From NCBI RefSeq assembly GCF_009914755.1, contig NC_060926.1: a stretch of DNA of 64,000 nt. One strand, written 5' to 3'. This document shows, piece by piece, positions 35,467 to 50,311 of the stretch (positions within the stretch are counted from its first letter, which is position 1; each line of letters starts with the position of its first letter). A model generated the notes under the pieces. The model saw only the letters and a program-made list of their open reading frames with translations, was not told where the DNA came from and ran no database searches. Origin of the DNA: the human T2T-CHM13v2.0 reference genome, Homo sapiens. Position numbers and translations under genes: made by a program.

Positions 35467-36143
35467 CAGTAGTACCTCCATCCTCTTTTCCACTTTCTGG
35501 GATTTCAGTTACCTGGGTCAACTATTGTACAAAGAAATTAAATGGAAAATTCCAGAAATTAATAATTTATACATTTTAAAGTTTGTACTCTTCTGAGTAA
35601 CATGATGAAATCTCATGACATCCGGCTCTGTCCCACCCAAGATGTGAATTGTCCTTTTGTCCAGCATCTTCACAATGTACAAGCCACTTTGCTCTAGCTG
35701 TGTACACTGCGTGCCCTTCCATCACTTAGTAGCCAATTAGCAGATCTGATATTGGTTATATCATATCTCTTTATGGATGTCTGATATAACCAATATCAGA
35801 TCTGCTGTTGCTGGTACCACAATGCTTGAATTAAGTTGACCCTTATTTTACTTAATTATGGCCCAAAGTGCAAGAGTAGGGATGCTGGCAATTCAGACAT
35901 GCCACACAAGCCGTAAAGTGCTTTAAGTGAAAAGGTGAAAGTTCTAGAATTAATAATGAAAGAAAAAAACCCTATGCTGAGGTTGCTAAGCTTTACAGTA
36001 AGAATGAATCATCTATCCATGAAATTATGAAGAAGGAAAATGAATTTTTTGCATAGTATATAGGGGGTTTGATGCTATCCATGATTTTAGGCATCCACTG
36101 GCAGGTCTTGGAACATGTTTCCCATGGATAAGGAAGGACTATT
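35467..36143. mobile_element. MER44 (TcMar-Tigger) element inserted in an L2
   Basis: ta|cagtagtacctcc...aaatggaaaattccagaaat...ggataaggaaggactattg|ta, TA target duplication. Confidence 0.85.
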
Positions 36144-39100
36144 GTATTTAGATGGGAGAATGGGGATTAGAGTGGGGTATAGGTTTGGGTGGGGGTGAGC
36201 ACACTGAGGTGTTGATCAAGATTTCTATAATAATTTGGCAGTGTTGATTTGGAATTGCCTTTCAGACATCTAGGTGGAGATGTCCAGTAGCTAGGATATG
36301 CAAGTCTGGCATTCAGAAGAGAAACTGAGGTGGAACTATAAACTTGAAAGGGTTTAGCATGAAGGCATTTCTTATATCCATTGGAATGGTTAGCCTTCCT
36401 TCTTCCCTTCCTCCCTTCCTCTGTCCTTCCATCCTTCCTTCGTTAATCATTAAACAAGTGGTTCTCATTTAGATTTATTTACAGTTAATCATATTTCCAG
36501 CATGAACCAATTTTTCAACTCTCATTGTTATGTCAGCTGAACACACAAATTAACACATATTCTCCAAGAAATTGGGAAATACTGATCCTACTTCTTTAGC
36601 AACTTATTTTCTAAATTTATATAGAAAAAATTGCAGAAAGAAAAAATGGCAATAAAATCATTTCTCAAGAACCATTAAGTGTGCCAGAGTTTCCTCAAAA
36701 CAGAAATTTCAGAATAGTGGATACCTGGCAGGGGTAGTAGGTAAGGGGATGAGAAAGGTAAGGGGCTACACAGGCCCTTCCTTTGTATTTCATGTTATGT
36801 TTCTTTATCTGCATGGTGGCTAGATTGGCATTCATTATATCAGTGATTAGACTATTTCATCTAAGGGAAAAAAACCAAACTCTTGCACATATTTCTAGAG
36901 AAAGTCTTCAGAATTTGATTACTCCAATGACAGTGTTTATTTGTTTTCTTTTTGTTGTAGTACAAGAGAGGCAGGAATTAGAGGTAAAATAAAAGCTCTT
37001 TGCTTCCTTTATTAGTAAATATAGCTTACTAAAGAAAAGTTTTATGACTAATTTTTGAATTGCAGTAAATAAGCATATTATTTCACTGTTCAAATACAAT
37101 GGTCTGATCGTTGTATATTTTTTAAATTAAATTGAGCTCTAGGCCTTTGGTCAGGTACCTTACCTTCATACTTATTTTCATGGGAAATCCAGCCTAATTA
37201 CATTGTATGGATTTACAGTGCTTATTAAGGAACATAATTCTCTGTAAATGTAAGCATTGCCTTTAATTTGAAGTAAAGGTGGGTGGATTTCATTTCACTG
37301 ATTGAGACAGTGTCATAGACATTAGAAAATAAACTGTTAGGGTTTACGTTTTCACATAAACTCTTTGAAAAAGCCGGAATTATCTTAATGTTTTATTTGT
37401 AGTGGTATTAACAATAAAAGTTATATTATACTATTTTAAAAATATGTTACCTAAAAAATAAATTACAAATCTAGGCTCATAGTTAACATTATACTGTAGA
37501 TATATTTCTGCAGGGTTAGTATACACTGTTTTGCACAGTGAATTCTTAAAAAGAAACTATAGGAGCTCACCATTTAAGAAACCCTTCAGCCACTCCTTCT
37601 ATACAAAGAATAATATTTGTACATTCAGATTTTTAGATTAGATTTTTAAAAGTAGTTAAATTGGGCATCTTTTATCATATTTGTCTTTAATTAATGGTGT
37701 GACTCTGGGGAAAGTAAAGAAACCTCTCTGAGCTCCAGTCTTATCTTTAATTTCAAAAGTGAACTAGATAATCTCTGAGGTTCAGCCTTAAAATTCTGTG
37801 ATACTCATTTAAAAATAACTGTACCATCCAGCATTTCAGAAAAAGCATTAAGGACATGTGTTTCATTTCCTTAAATGAAAACAGATTATAATGTATGTAA
37901 TCAGAGCATTGAAAAGAGAAGGAGAGAGAGGTGATTTCAGTACCAAAATTTGTCTATAGGATAGACTACCTGGATGAGGCAAAAGGATCTATAGACTACC
38001 TGCCTCAAAAATCTCTAGATATAATGAGAGAGATGGTAGGTACTCCTTGAGATGAGATACTAGTCTGATGATGGCTTTTTTTGGTGATGGCTGTTGAACA
38101 ACATGTAAATAAAAGCAGTAATCATGTTAGAAGAGACCAATCTGTGCCTGTGTTCTGTAGACTACATTGTTAAGAGCATGGTTCAAATATTTGAAAGAGA
38201 AAAGAAAACTGCTTTTAAAACCACTTACAATTACCTTGGCATTCTCATTTTAAGTAGCCATCTGCAAGCATATTAATTTTATTATTTCAGTGAACTCCCT
38301 ATTTGATTAATCCGTGACCTGATTTAGTAAACATTTGTCAGGATATATCTTCCCTGGAGATATATTAAGCTTGGAGCATGTAAGGCATCTTTTTTCCTAT
38401 TCAAACAGTGAAGTTAGGAAAGTGTTGTGGTAATAATGTGAGCACAATTGTCTAAGAACATTAAGAACCTTCGTCTGGATCTTTTGTTACCATAAAAGGC
38501 AATGTATCATGCTTTCCTGTTTTGCATGGATGAGAAGGGAGTAAAAAACACCAAAAGAATTTTTATTGCATAGAAATATTTCCTTCCTAGCAGTTGGTGA
38601 AGCAATAATGAGCCTACAAAACAATCTTCCTATAGCTGGGGAGAGGAGGGCAGGAAAACGTAGTGCAGCCAGCCACATAGATTCGCAGACTGGCAGGCTG
38701 GTCACAGAGCACCTGCTTCCATCCAGAGTCCCTTCTACATGTAACTCTCCCCAGGGCAAAGCGCCTGCATGTGCTTCTTCTCACAGCCCTTTAAGATATA
38801 CAGGGCAAGTAGGAGCTGCTTCTTTTCTAGAAGAAGAACTTATCCAAGCCTGTGGTGCAGACGATTGTTGTAGGCAGGCTAGAGCCACACTTACCTGATT
38901 CCCAATTTGTACGTAAGACCAGGCAAGGTCCACTGTGTTGAGAAGATGCTTTCTGTGAATCAAATTACTTGGTACAGAAAATGTTGCTTTCAGTGTATCT
39001 TGTGGCAACTTTAACATTGTAGACATCACCACTGAATAAGATGAATGCGTGGGAATTGTGGATTTGAAAACACTAAAAGTGGTTATCAGGCTTTAGCACA

Positions 39101-39929
39101 TCTTAAGAGTCTGCATTTCCACTAGCCTAATTCACACTGGGCCCTTCTCAGCGTTTCTTAATGCTACGCTACTCCCACTTCCTTTCCTCTGTTTCCCTCA
39201 CTTCAGCCCTAAATGAATTTAGGTTGTTGAACAGAAATGATCATAAATCCCTTTTTAAGCCAAATGAAAAGAGGCCCATAATTTCTTTAGTTTGTTTCAG
39301 ACCCATTACCTTTCAGAAGGTCAAACCTGCCTCATTCTCTAGGTGTGGACATGATACGGATAACAAAAAGGCATGGGGATATGTTTTATCAAATGTCCTA
39401 AAGATGTTTTTACATGCAGTTTTTAATAAAAAACAATTATCTACTATGCATAAGAACTAAAGTAATAATGTGCAATGCATTTTGTGCTTTTTAATAATAA
39501 ATTATTAGTAATGAAGTGGAGACAACTTAGAGTTGATTGTTTTCTTTGGAGGTAAGGAAACATATTGAAACTAAACAATAGTAGCTGCCTAAGATTTCAT
39601 GATGTGACAGTGGCATATTGCTATGGGGGAAAAAAACAACCATGCACAGAAGAACAAGCCATTCACCCTGATATCAGTAATTTGAAAGTGAAGAGCAATT
39701 CTTTTTCAGCGTGATATATTTTTCAGTTTTAGGTTAAAAGTGTTGCATTCCAAGGAAGGCACTACAGTGCGTTCTCAGTATAAAGCAAATAGTTTTGTGG
39801 TATTGGTTGTCTGATGTGGTTGAGCACTGGTATTTCATAGCTTTCAAAGAAACATTTTAAAGATAAAAAGAAGAGCAGAAATACTGGAAAAGGCAATATG
39901 TCATCTGAATTCTGTTGGTGCTTAAGAAC

Positions 39930-40140
39930 AGCAAGGGCTATCAGTTACCCTTGAGTTCCAGTCCCAGTTTTGTCACTGACTCTGACCTTAGGCAAGTTAT
40001 TTAACTTATTTATGCCTTTGTATCCTCTTCTCTAAAATGAATCTAATACCTGTCTCACAGTGTTAAGTTGTGAGGATGAAATAAAATAATGCCTGTGAAG
40101 CACTTCCTATAGTGCTTGGCATGTGAATCCTCAGATAATG
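39930..40140 (-). mobile_element. MIR
   Basis: tgaccttaggcaagttatttaac...gttgtgaggatgaaataaaataatg. Confidence 0.8.
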
Positions 40141-40399
40141 ATCACAGTTAAGGAATTGGATGGTTGCTATTTTCATGGTTCTTTAGTTTACAGGTTTTCA
40201 GAGTATTTTACTAGTAGACTCTATGCTTAATTAATTCATTCAACTTAATAGTAACCAGAAATAGTGTTCTTTCATCTGGAGTTGTAATTCCCTCACTTGT
40301 AAGTAATTTTTTTGCTGCCTCTTGTCTTTACTGAAAATTGATTCTGTTCGTTGCTGTGGAGGCCTCACCTTTCTCACTTCTCCTGATATACTGTGAAAA

Positions 40400-41150
40400 T
40401 ATTAAAACCTAATAATTTGTCCACATGCACCACTCTTTTCAGTAATCATTGCTGACTCTGTCAACCCTAGACTCATTCCCACTTTGCTAGACAACCTCAG
40501 TACCTGGGTCTTATCTTCTCTCCATCCTCTGCCATCATCCTCCCCAATTCTGGCACGTAAAATGATGATCCATTCATCCTTCTTCAGCCTGTTAGAGTCT
40601 TTCCACCTCCATTTCTGCTCCCCACCTTTCCTTTTTGCTGCACCTTGTACTTCATCATCACTGCTCTGTTTCTAAAATATCAGTACTCTCTTTCTCTGCT
40701 TACCACGTCCTGAACTGCTGCTTCTTCCACTCCTCCACATCTGTGGAGCTAGATCTGTGCCTTCAGTCATTCACTCTTAGACTCTGCTGATTGCATGCTT
40801 AGCCTTGTCTCAAAGACCTACTACTTCAGTACCACCTCCTCAACCCTCCTAATCACGTTCTTTGTCCACTGTGATAGTCACTGCATGCTTTCCCGCTTTT
40901 TGCAATCTGCTGTTGGAACATTTTAGAAGCAATCTGAGAACCGTACTGATTTGGCCCACTACAAATTTGTGATTCTAATTTTATTTTGGGCCCTTTGTAT
41001 GGCTTAACAGTAGTTATCAATTCTTCAGCACATTTGTTTTAATAACTATTAAATATTTCCTATTTTCTAGTCTCCTTATGCTTCCAGTCCTAACCAGCCC
41101 TCCCTTCCTCTTGGGACATGATCTTGCCTCTTATTTTTACTGAACCGATT
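40400..41150 (+). mobile_element. Degenerate L2 fragment
   Basis: C/T-rich L2-like sequence (gatcttgcctcttatttttactga). Confidence 0.5.
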
Positions 41151-44100
41151 GATGTTATTGCTGCTGTGTATGTACTATCATTGTCCCTGGGAGATTGATG
41201 AATAAAACATTACCTAGCAGTGTTTGTGTTCCTGAGGTCTGATTTGGCCTGTGGGTAACTAGATACTGACTCTTATCTTTGTCCCAGCGAGTGGCCATCT
41301 TTGATATAGATGATGTTTCTTTACTTGTGTATCTATATATTTGGTCATTTCGTGATCTGTATTTATTGAGCACAGTGACCTGTGTTAAGTAGGTAGTAAG
41401 GACAATTAGAAAGAGAATAAAACACATAGCCCCCCTTCCCTTTCTGTGAATTAATAATGAAGACAAACCTACCTAATTTTAGTAACATTTTGTTATTATA
41501 CACTTGGTTCTAACCATGAATTTGGTTACCTTAAAGGTGTCCTGCCCTCTCTTGTGATGCACAGCAGAGTAAGATGCGCTTGACGGGTAGCGTGGCTGTC
41601 TTTTCCTTCTCACTCCAGGGTTATGATAGTTCCTGTTGTACACATGGATGATAGAGACACAGCGGCAACCATACAGGATTTTTATACTTGTACTAAGGAC
41701 TTGGAGAGGGTCTAAAGGTAGGAAAGTAGTAGGAACTACCAAGTTGATTAGAATAACAGGCCTGGAAAGGCCTCTGAAGAGTGCGTTAAGAGAGAAATCA
41801 TAGCTGGCCTTGGAAGGGAGAGGTGTCGTTTGGTGAGGCAGTGTGCATAGGATACCTCAGGGATGTGAGTGGTAAAGGCAGATAGGGCATTTTTCCAGAA
41901 GAAAATATGAATGTCAGTTATTATAGAAGTGTATAGATAGAATTTGCTCACCACTTTGTGTGTGTGTATGGAGTTGTGTTTGAAAGCAGAACTTGGATGG
42001 AATCTATGGATCAATTACTTTCCTCTTTTCTAGGGTTATGGGTATTGAGGGAGGCCAGGGGCATTGGAAGAAAAAAAATGTGTGTCATTCAAGTACCCTT
42101 GGGTGTCTTCATTTTGGGTAGTTTCCTGAAGAGATAGTGTTGATGCCTTTTGTGCTGTTAGCATTGTCATCTGTTGCTGGAAAGGGTAATCCTGGAGCTT
42201 TGATCCATGGAATGAATCCAGGGAGCCAAGTGTAGACTCTGACCGTTCTACACAGTAGTTTAGGGGCCATGAGACGTGAAAACTTGGCCTGAGGAGCCCT
42301 TCTGCCTTCTCATAGTCTATTAAGAAACCATGAAAAAGAGAGGAACTTAACGTAACCTTAACTGTCTACATTTTTGACACTTTGCCAGACCTGTGTGATT
42401 TATTTTAAAAGATAGAATGTGTATTCAGGCACTCCCAGCATCATTTTACTTAGTGAAGTATTAGAAGTCAACAAAATTAACTTCTTTATTTGGGTTTTAA
42501 AAAAACGGAAAGAAGACAGCTCTTACAGAATGAAGGGTAACAGTACTAGAAACAATAAAAGGAAAACATTACCATCCAGTTTTATACTTTTTAACTTCTC
42601 TATTTTGTGTATTTTCTAACTTGAATACAGCTTTAAAATGCCATTTTTAGTTAGACATGGCATAGGAAATGTTTTAAATAACAAATTTCAGTTGGGGATG
42701 AATAGAACATTACTTGTATTGTGTTAACAAATACATAAATGTAAATTGTTTTAAGGTGCATATTAAGCTTTATTAAACAAAGAGATAAATATTTTGTCTC
42801 TGTTAATGTTTTACTCAAGTAACAGTAAATCTTTTAAGTCCACCAAAACATGAAGGCATTGCACAATGAATGGTACATTATAAATGTATTCTGCAGGAAT
42901 GATTTATGCATCTGACTTCTATGGCACTGAATTTCAAAACCTCATAAAGAAGTCATTTTAGAGAAATGTCATGCTGACCTGTGTAGACGGAGACGTAAAA
43001 TTTGCCTATGTGGTCAACTTCATATTAACTTGATGTTCAGAGTTACAGAAATATTTGAATACTTATATATTTTAGATGATAAATGCTTGTCAAAGGAATG
43101 AATATTTAACATATTACTTGACTTATAGACTAATGACCTCTCTAAAATTTAAGATTTTTAGCCATACATGATTCAGTTTATTTCTCGTGTGTCATGCAAT
43201 TGATTCTTCTTGTTGTGCTACCCATAAAAACTTTAGTGTTTCTAGGGTATTGCCTCAGGATCATCATACACTACTTGTAATTATTTGAAAAATTCATACC
43301 AAAGCATTTTAATATATGGCAGTTTTAATATTTTGGCATCTCCTACACATTGACTTATCAGAGAAGATTATGTCTTTATTTTACTTTAAATGAAGTACTG
43401 TTTTCAGAGATGATTTCCTTAAATCCATCTGCACTGAAAAAATGTAATTAATCTGACATTTTGTAAAGGTTTCATTGAATTATATTCTTGTCTTATGCTG
43501 TACAGGGATAAGTACTTACACATTTTCAGCTAAGATTAGCTTTAGGATGTGTTAAGGAAAAAAGATAACAGTACATATTTTATGATCAATATATTTTAAT
43601 TAGTCAATTTTCAAATGAACTTGTCCGTCTGTAATTTGTAGACAGGATATGCCCAAGTGCAGAAAAAATAGAATTTAAAGCTTAGACAAATAGATGGAAG
43701 AATTTGAATCTATCTGTTAAAATCTCATAGCCAAGAATATGCTGATTTGTATATGACCCAGTGTACTAACACATTTACACAACTTCCAAGTACAGAGAAA
43801 ATGTACCTTGAGCTTTAAAATATAAATAATTTGTCTTTGAGTTCGTAGAACAGTCTTTTTTTCTTCCTAATTAATTTTATTTTATTACTTGTTTATTCAC
43901 CACAATGAATTAATTTAGACCTCAACGTAAACATGCTCCCATCTTGGGGGCATTTACAGTTTTACTTTACAGATGGACAAGTTTATGCATACATACCTGT
44001 TCAATGCATGTGAATACCTGTTTGAGGGCTGAAAAAAGTTTTTTTGCGTCTAACCTAGCAAATAGTAACTTTTGTGAGCTGATAGAGGTCTTCTTTTGCC

Positions 44101-44903
44101 TGAAGGAAGGAGAATATTGAAATATGTTTTCAAGGGCCTTATCTATTTTTCTAGTCTTATGATTCTTTTATTTAACTACTGTAAAACTGTACTTAGACAG
44201 AAATAACAATGTAAGAACTTATTTAGGATGCACTTTTCCTTCCCTTCAAGTTAATAATTTCAAAAATTCTTCACATAAGCACGACAGTGCTCTTAAAAAT
44301 CGCCAGCACATCTTCTGTTTCTAATTTAGTTTCTTGAATTGTTTCCCATAGCTTCATGTATCTTCAAAATATCTGTATAGAGTCCACTTCTAATTACTTA
44401 CTTTCTAACTTAGGAAAAAAGAAACATTTATCTCATCTTGGTTTTCCTCTGATTTGCCACCATACTTGAGCAATCTCCTAATCTATTTTTGTTCCGGGAA
44501 TGCAAAATTAATTTTAATATCAGTTTAAGCAAATCATAATTAGCAGAGAAGCATCCTTGTTAATTGAGGGCTTAACTATGAGAAGACCAGGAGTGAGCTG
44601 TCTTCTTCATTGAGAGATCTTCAAATGCCAGCATCAGTTGGCCATTTCTGGAGGAGTTTTCAATTTCTCCAGAAAATAAATTTTTGGTCTCATATCTGGG
44701 GATGGATGTGGAGTGTAAGAACATATAAGGCTTGGCTCCTGGAGGCCAAGGAATGAATTTCTGGTTTCAGCTCTGTGATCTGAAGAGCTGGAATGATGTA
44801 GGTCCCATTTTTACCACAAGAAAAAAGCTGGACAGACAGATTTTCATGGACTCATCAGAGAACTAAGGCAACAGAACAAACAGCTATCCTGAAATGTGGA
44901 TAG

Positions 44904-45478
<575 letters not shown>

Positions 45479-46102
45479 TAATAAATCAGTAATGCTTTCG
45501 GTAGTTTAATCTGTCATCTCAACCAGAAGTCTTCATCACAATATCTTGTTAACTGAAAATAGTCCACTACAAAACAGAATTTGTACCATAAATCTCTAAA
45601 TTTTGTTTATGTGAACACATAGACACACACAGGAAAGAAGTCTGGCTTACATAGATGTCATAGATTATGGTGATATTTTCCCTCTATTTGTATTTTCTTA
45701 TTTTTTTTTAACAATTCTACAGTAAAAAGTGTTTAAGAATACTCAGAAAACAAGTGTGTATCTATAATTAATCACTAGTACTTACAATATTCTCTTTTTA
45801 GTTTGTTTTCTTTCAGCTTGTTCTCATCCAGATGTTTAGAATCCTAAATGACTGTTTTCTCCTGACATTTGCCATTGGGGTACATAAGGTGGTGACTGCC
45901 ATAGTTCTTTACAACTCCAGTGATTCTCTTAAAACTTGCTCTTAGGATCCCTTGCCTAACCCTAGGGCTTAAAGGTGACTGCTCTGGAGCTACAGGTGTG
46001 GACGAAGATGGCCCTTGGGCTTCTGCAATTATTCTGTTCTCCCAGGTGAGGAGACTTTTGTAGGACAGGGTGGTTATTTAGGAAATTCTGAGCTGCTCTA
46101 AG

Positions 46103-46270
46103 CCAGTGTTGCCCAACCGTGACCATACCTGGGGAGCTTTAAAAACTCCCAATCTAGGCTGCACCCCAGACCAATTAAATCAGAATCTCTGGGAGGGGGA
46201 CAAAGGCATCTATAGTTTTTAAAGCTCTCCAGGGTGATTTCAATGTATTGCTGAGGTTGTGAGCTGCTGC
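46103..46270. mobile_element. MER5A DNA transposon
   Basis: cacccccagaccaattaaatcagaatctctggg-type core with cagtg terminus. Confidence 0.8.
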
Positions 46271-47760
46271 TTTAAAGGAAACAAGTATGTTTATTCCTAA
46301 TCCATTTGGATCTTGAGGGCCAATCTGGAAAAGCAATCTCTATACCCACTGTCATCTCGATACATATCTTGTGGGGATTCTGTAGCCACTAGCAGGCCAT
46401 GTTCATCTGTGTGTGTGTACCTGCCTTGATGTGACAAATCATAAGCACTAAGAGGAGAGGCAGCCTCTTTTATTCACCATTGTATCCTAAGTCTCTAAAT
46501 CAGTGCCTGGCCTAGTAACTTACCAAAAGATATTGTAAAAGTAGTGCATTTAGGGTTTTTTTTTTTCCTTTTTATTGAAAAGGGACAAAGACAAGTGGTC
46601 AAAACGTCATTTCATAATACTTAATTTTTACGAACTCTCCTGGCCCCAAGTGTCTGTGATTCAGTGAGGAAAGAGCTCTCCTTCATTCCTTTGACATGAA
46701 TATATTGACTACCCATTGTTTACATAAGGCTGGGATGGCTGTGATCAAACCAACATCCACAGACATGGTACCTAGAGAAATAAAGCGCGGAAAGCCAAAC
46801 CTATGGAAGAATAACAAATATTGCAATTCAAAAGTGAAAATCACTGTAGACTAGCTTCATTTTTCCATTTAACAACTATGTCTTGGCCACCTCTTTCTCT
46901 GCTAGCACTAGTCTAAATGCTGGAGGTCTTGAGGGCAGTTTGCTAAGTGATTTTAAAATACAACTTTAGCACCTGATTTTCTTTCTTTTCTTCACAGTCA
47001 GATTTTGGGCCAGAACCTAAGTGATAGATTTCTAGGCATTGTAATAGATAATGAAATGCATTATTACTTTTGAAGTTATGATAACCTGACAAGAAAAAAA
47101 TGGATATTTTTATTATCTACATCTTACAGATGAGGAAACACTTTGTGCACTTTAAGTAACTTGCCCAGGCTCATAAACCAGTGTTGTTAGCTCAGCTACT
47201 TCAATAAAGGTCCTCTGATTTCAAATCTTATGAGTAAGAAGACTTAATATTCCACTAGTTACATAATGGCAGAATGGTTCTGATTTTGTATTCAGTGCAG
47301 TAAAGTTAAATATGCTGTTAAAAAATTTAGTGTCCACAAATTACCTTCAATGCGATTAATGTTTGTTTTGAAATTACCTACCAGTTATCATTGTTAAACT
47401 CTGTGGTATTTTTTTTTCTTTGTGTGTGTTTTATGAGTTAGCATTATTTTATAGAAAGATTTAGGGATTTATTATTTATATTATTTATATTACTATTATT
47501 TAGATTATTCTGACAGTCTTCTGTGTCCTCAGACAAGTTAGCAGAGCACAGATATAATACATTAGTCAGAATTTTTCCATTTCCGTGTTCAGATTAATCT
47601 TAGAATAATTTTTACCTGTCTTTGTTAACAGGTATTATGCTTTTAACTTCTTAACTCCTAGTACATGAGTAAAAGGTAGTAATCATGACATAGCCAAATG
47701 ACAGAGTGCTTGTATTTGCCACAAAGCATGTAGTTCCTTGTAAATCCTTGAGAAAGGTAA

Positions 47761-48057
<297 letters not shown>

Positions 48058-49539
48058 CAGTTTCTAGCTGTTGTTTTCATGTCCGTATTTTCTTTCCTGT
48101 AGATAGCACCTATCGGAATCTTTAATTTTGAAGTTGAAATACATAGGTATGCTTCTAGCTTAGGGTCATTCCCCGGGGATTATTATACTTCTTTAAGATC
48201 TCTATTCTTTAAGATAGAGATGTCTTCTGGTTTACCTCTGGACATTTTGTGTGTAAATTTTATGTTCAGCCAACCAAAGGGCCCAGGGGTTAGTAGCGTT
48301 ATTTTGTTCTCTGCTTTAGAGGACAAGGGTTCAAGTTCCAGATCTGCCATTTGCTGTTAGTGTAAACTTTAGTAAATTAACTTTCTGAACCTGTTTTCTC
48401 ACCCTGAAAATTAGGATACATTATTTATTTTTCTATTTTCCTGCATTTTGGGAGGATCAAATGAGATCTACAAAAAATATTTTCTTAACTGCCAAGTGCT
48501 ATAGAAATATTGGATATCAGTGTTTTTTTCATCTACCATAATGATTGTTATTTTCCTAATACCTGAGCCTTAACAATATATTTTCCATTTATACTACCCT
48601 TATAAATTGAAGTTTTTAATTTCAGATTTTCTATAAAGATAAGAAAGTCAATTTGTTTTCATGTTAGCTTTAATATCCATTAAGCCTTTTGTTTTCTAGT
48701 CCTAAAACAATAAAAATGGGGCCTTATGCCAATCAGTACTGTCCTTGATTTTAAATGATGCGAAAAAAATACAAACTCCTTTAATAGAGAGTCTTTTAAC
48801 CAGATGGATAGGTGATACATAGGTATTAGCATCTCACAGTTGCAAAGTATCTTCTGTTGCATTTGCATAGGATATATCAGGAAAGGGTGTGGGATGAGGA
48901 GAGTAGACTATTTTTATTATTATAGGGTTGGGAAGGAGTAGTTCCATCTCTGCCTGTGATATCAAAGGGCTGGATGACACTGGAGAACTCATTTCTCACC
49001 TTGACCTATTCATCCGTCTTTAAAATACCAAAGATGTTAAGTTGGTGATCTCCAAAGCTCTTTCCAGTTTTAGACTTTGCTGCATCTGAAATGAATATCA
49101 AGAGAGTACAGGAGAATTATACTTGAACTGAAAATAATAATAAACTTGGAGAAGTTTTCTTTCTGAGTCTTAGAGAACTATAAAGATATAAAAGGTAAAT
49201 AAACACAATCCTTTCTTCCTTGTCTATGTGGGTAAGTGATTAGAACTAGGAACTATGAAACTAAAGTGAAATGTGGCTTAGTTTTTTCCTTATGCATACT
49301 TGGGAAAATAATATTTTGTCAATAAATACTTTGCATGTAATATGCATATATAATAATTTCTTGAATTACCTTACACATAAAATGTCACAGCCATTCCCTG
49401 GGCTTGGTATTTTTAGTCTGCATGTTGCTAAAATCAGCTATAAATTTCAGTCTATCAAGGTAGTCCAATAGAACCTCAATAGTTGTTATGAGGTAAGAAT
49501 AACTCTTTTTACCAAAATCTATCTAGGATGTTAGGATGT

Positions 49540-50110
49540 TGCAAGAATAGAAAATTACAAACCATTATACCTCGTGAATGAGCACATAGATACAGAAAGC
49601 TTTAGAAAAACACTAGAAAACAGAACTGAATATTATTTTTAAAAAGGTAATCATAATGCATTATGACCAAGTAAATCAGGAAAAAGGCAAGGATGTACAC
49701 TCTTATGACTTTTCTATTCAACTTTGTAATCAATGCCATAAGACAAGAAAAAATAAATAAAAGACATAATGATTGGAAAGGAAGAAGTACAACTTTCTTT
49801 GTTTACAGACACTGTAATTGTGTATGTACAAGATCTAATGAAATATACAAAAAGATTGCTAGGACAAAGAGTGAATTTAGCAAGGGACAAGATACAAGGG
49901 TAGTAGTAAAAATAATTTATGGTATTTCTGTATACTAACAGAAAAACTGGAAAAGTATCTATATATCAACAGAAAAACAATACCATTTAAAATAGCATCA
50001 AAAAGCATAAAATATGAACAAATTTGTTTAAAGATATAAAGGAGCTCTATAGTGAAATTTGTAAAATATTGCTGAGAGAGATTATAGAAGTCTTAAGACA
50101 GAGGTATACC
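49540..50110 (+). mobile_element. Old L1M ORF2 fragment
   Basis: gattggaaaggaagaagta, gagtgaatttagcaagg, aatagcatcaaaa motifs. Confidence 0.75.
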
Positions 50111-50261
50111 ATGGGATGGGCCCAGGAATCTTTACAGCCCCCCAGGATGCTTTGAAACAGAAGCCTGGTTGAAGAATAGGGTAGCATGATTTTTAATTCT
50201 TCGATAGTGTTTTGTACCTAACCAATTAATCTTAATATATCCAAGTCCTCTCTCCCTTCGT

Positions 50262-50311
50262 CTCTGCCTCTCTCTCTCTCTCTCTCTCTCTCACGCTCTC
50301 TCTCTCTCTCT
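50262..50311. repeat. (TC)n microsatellite
   Basis: Directly visible. Confidence 0.95.

Noticed and set aside
38566-38898. 110-aa non-repeat ORF
   Set aside because: No homology recognised, overlapping ORFs of similar length on both strands, and a length compatible with chance in a locally GC-richer patch.
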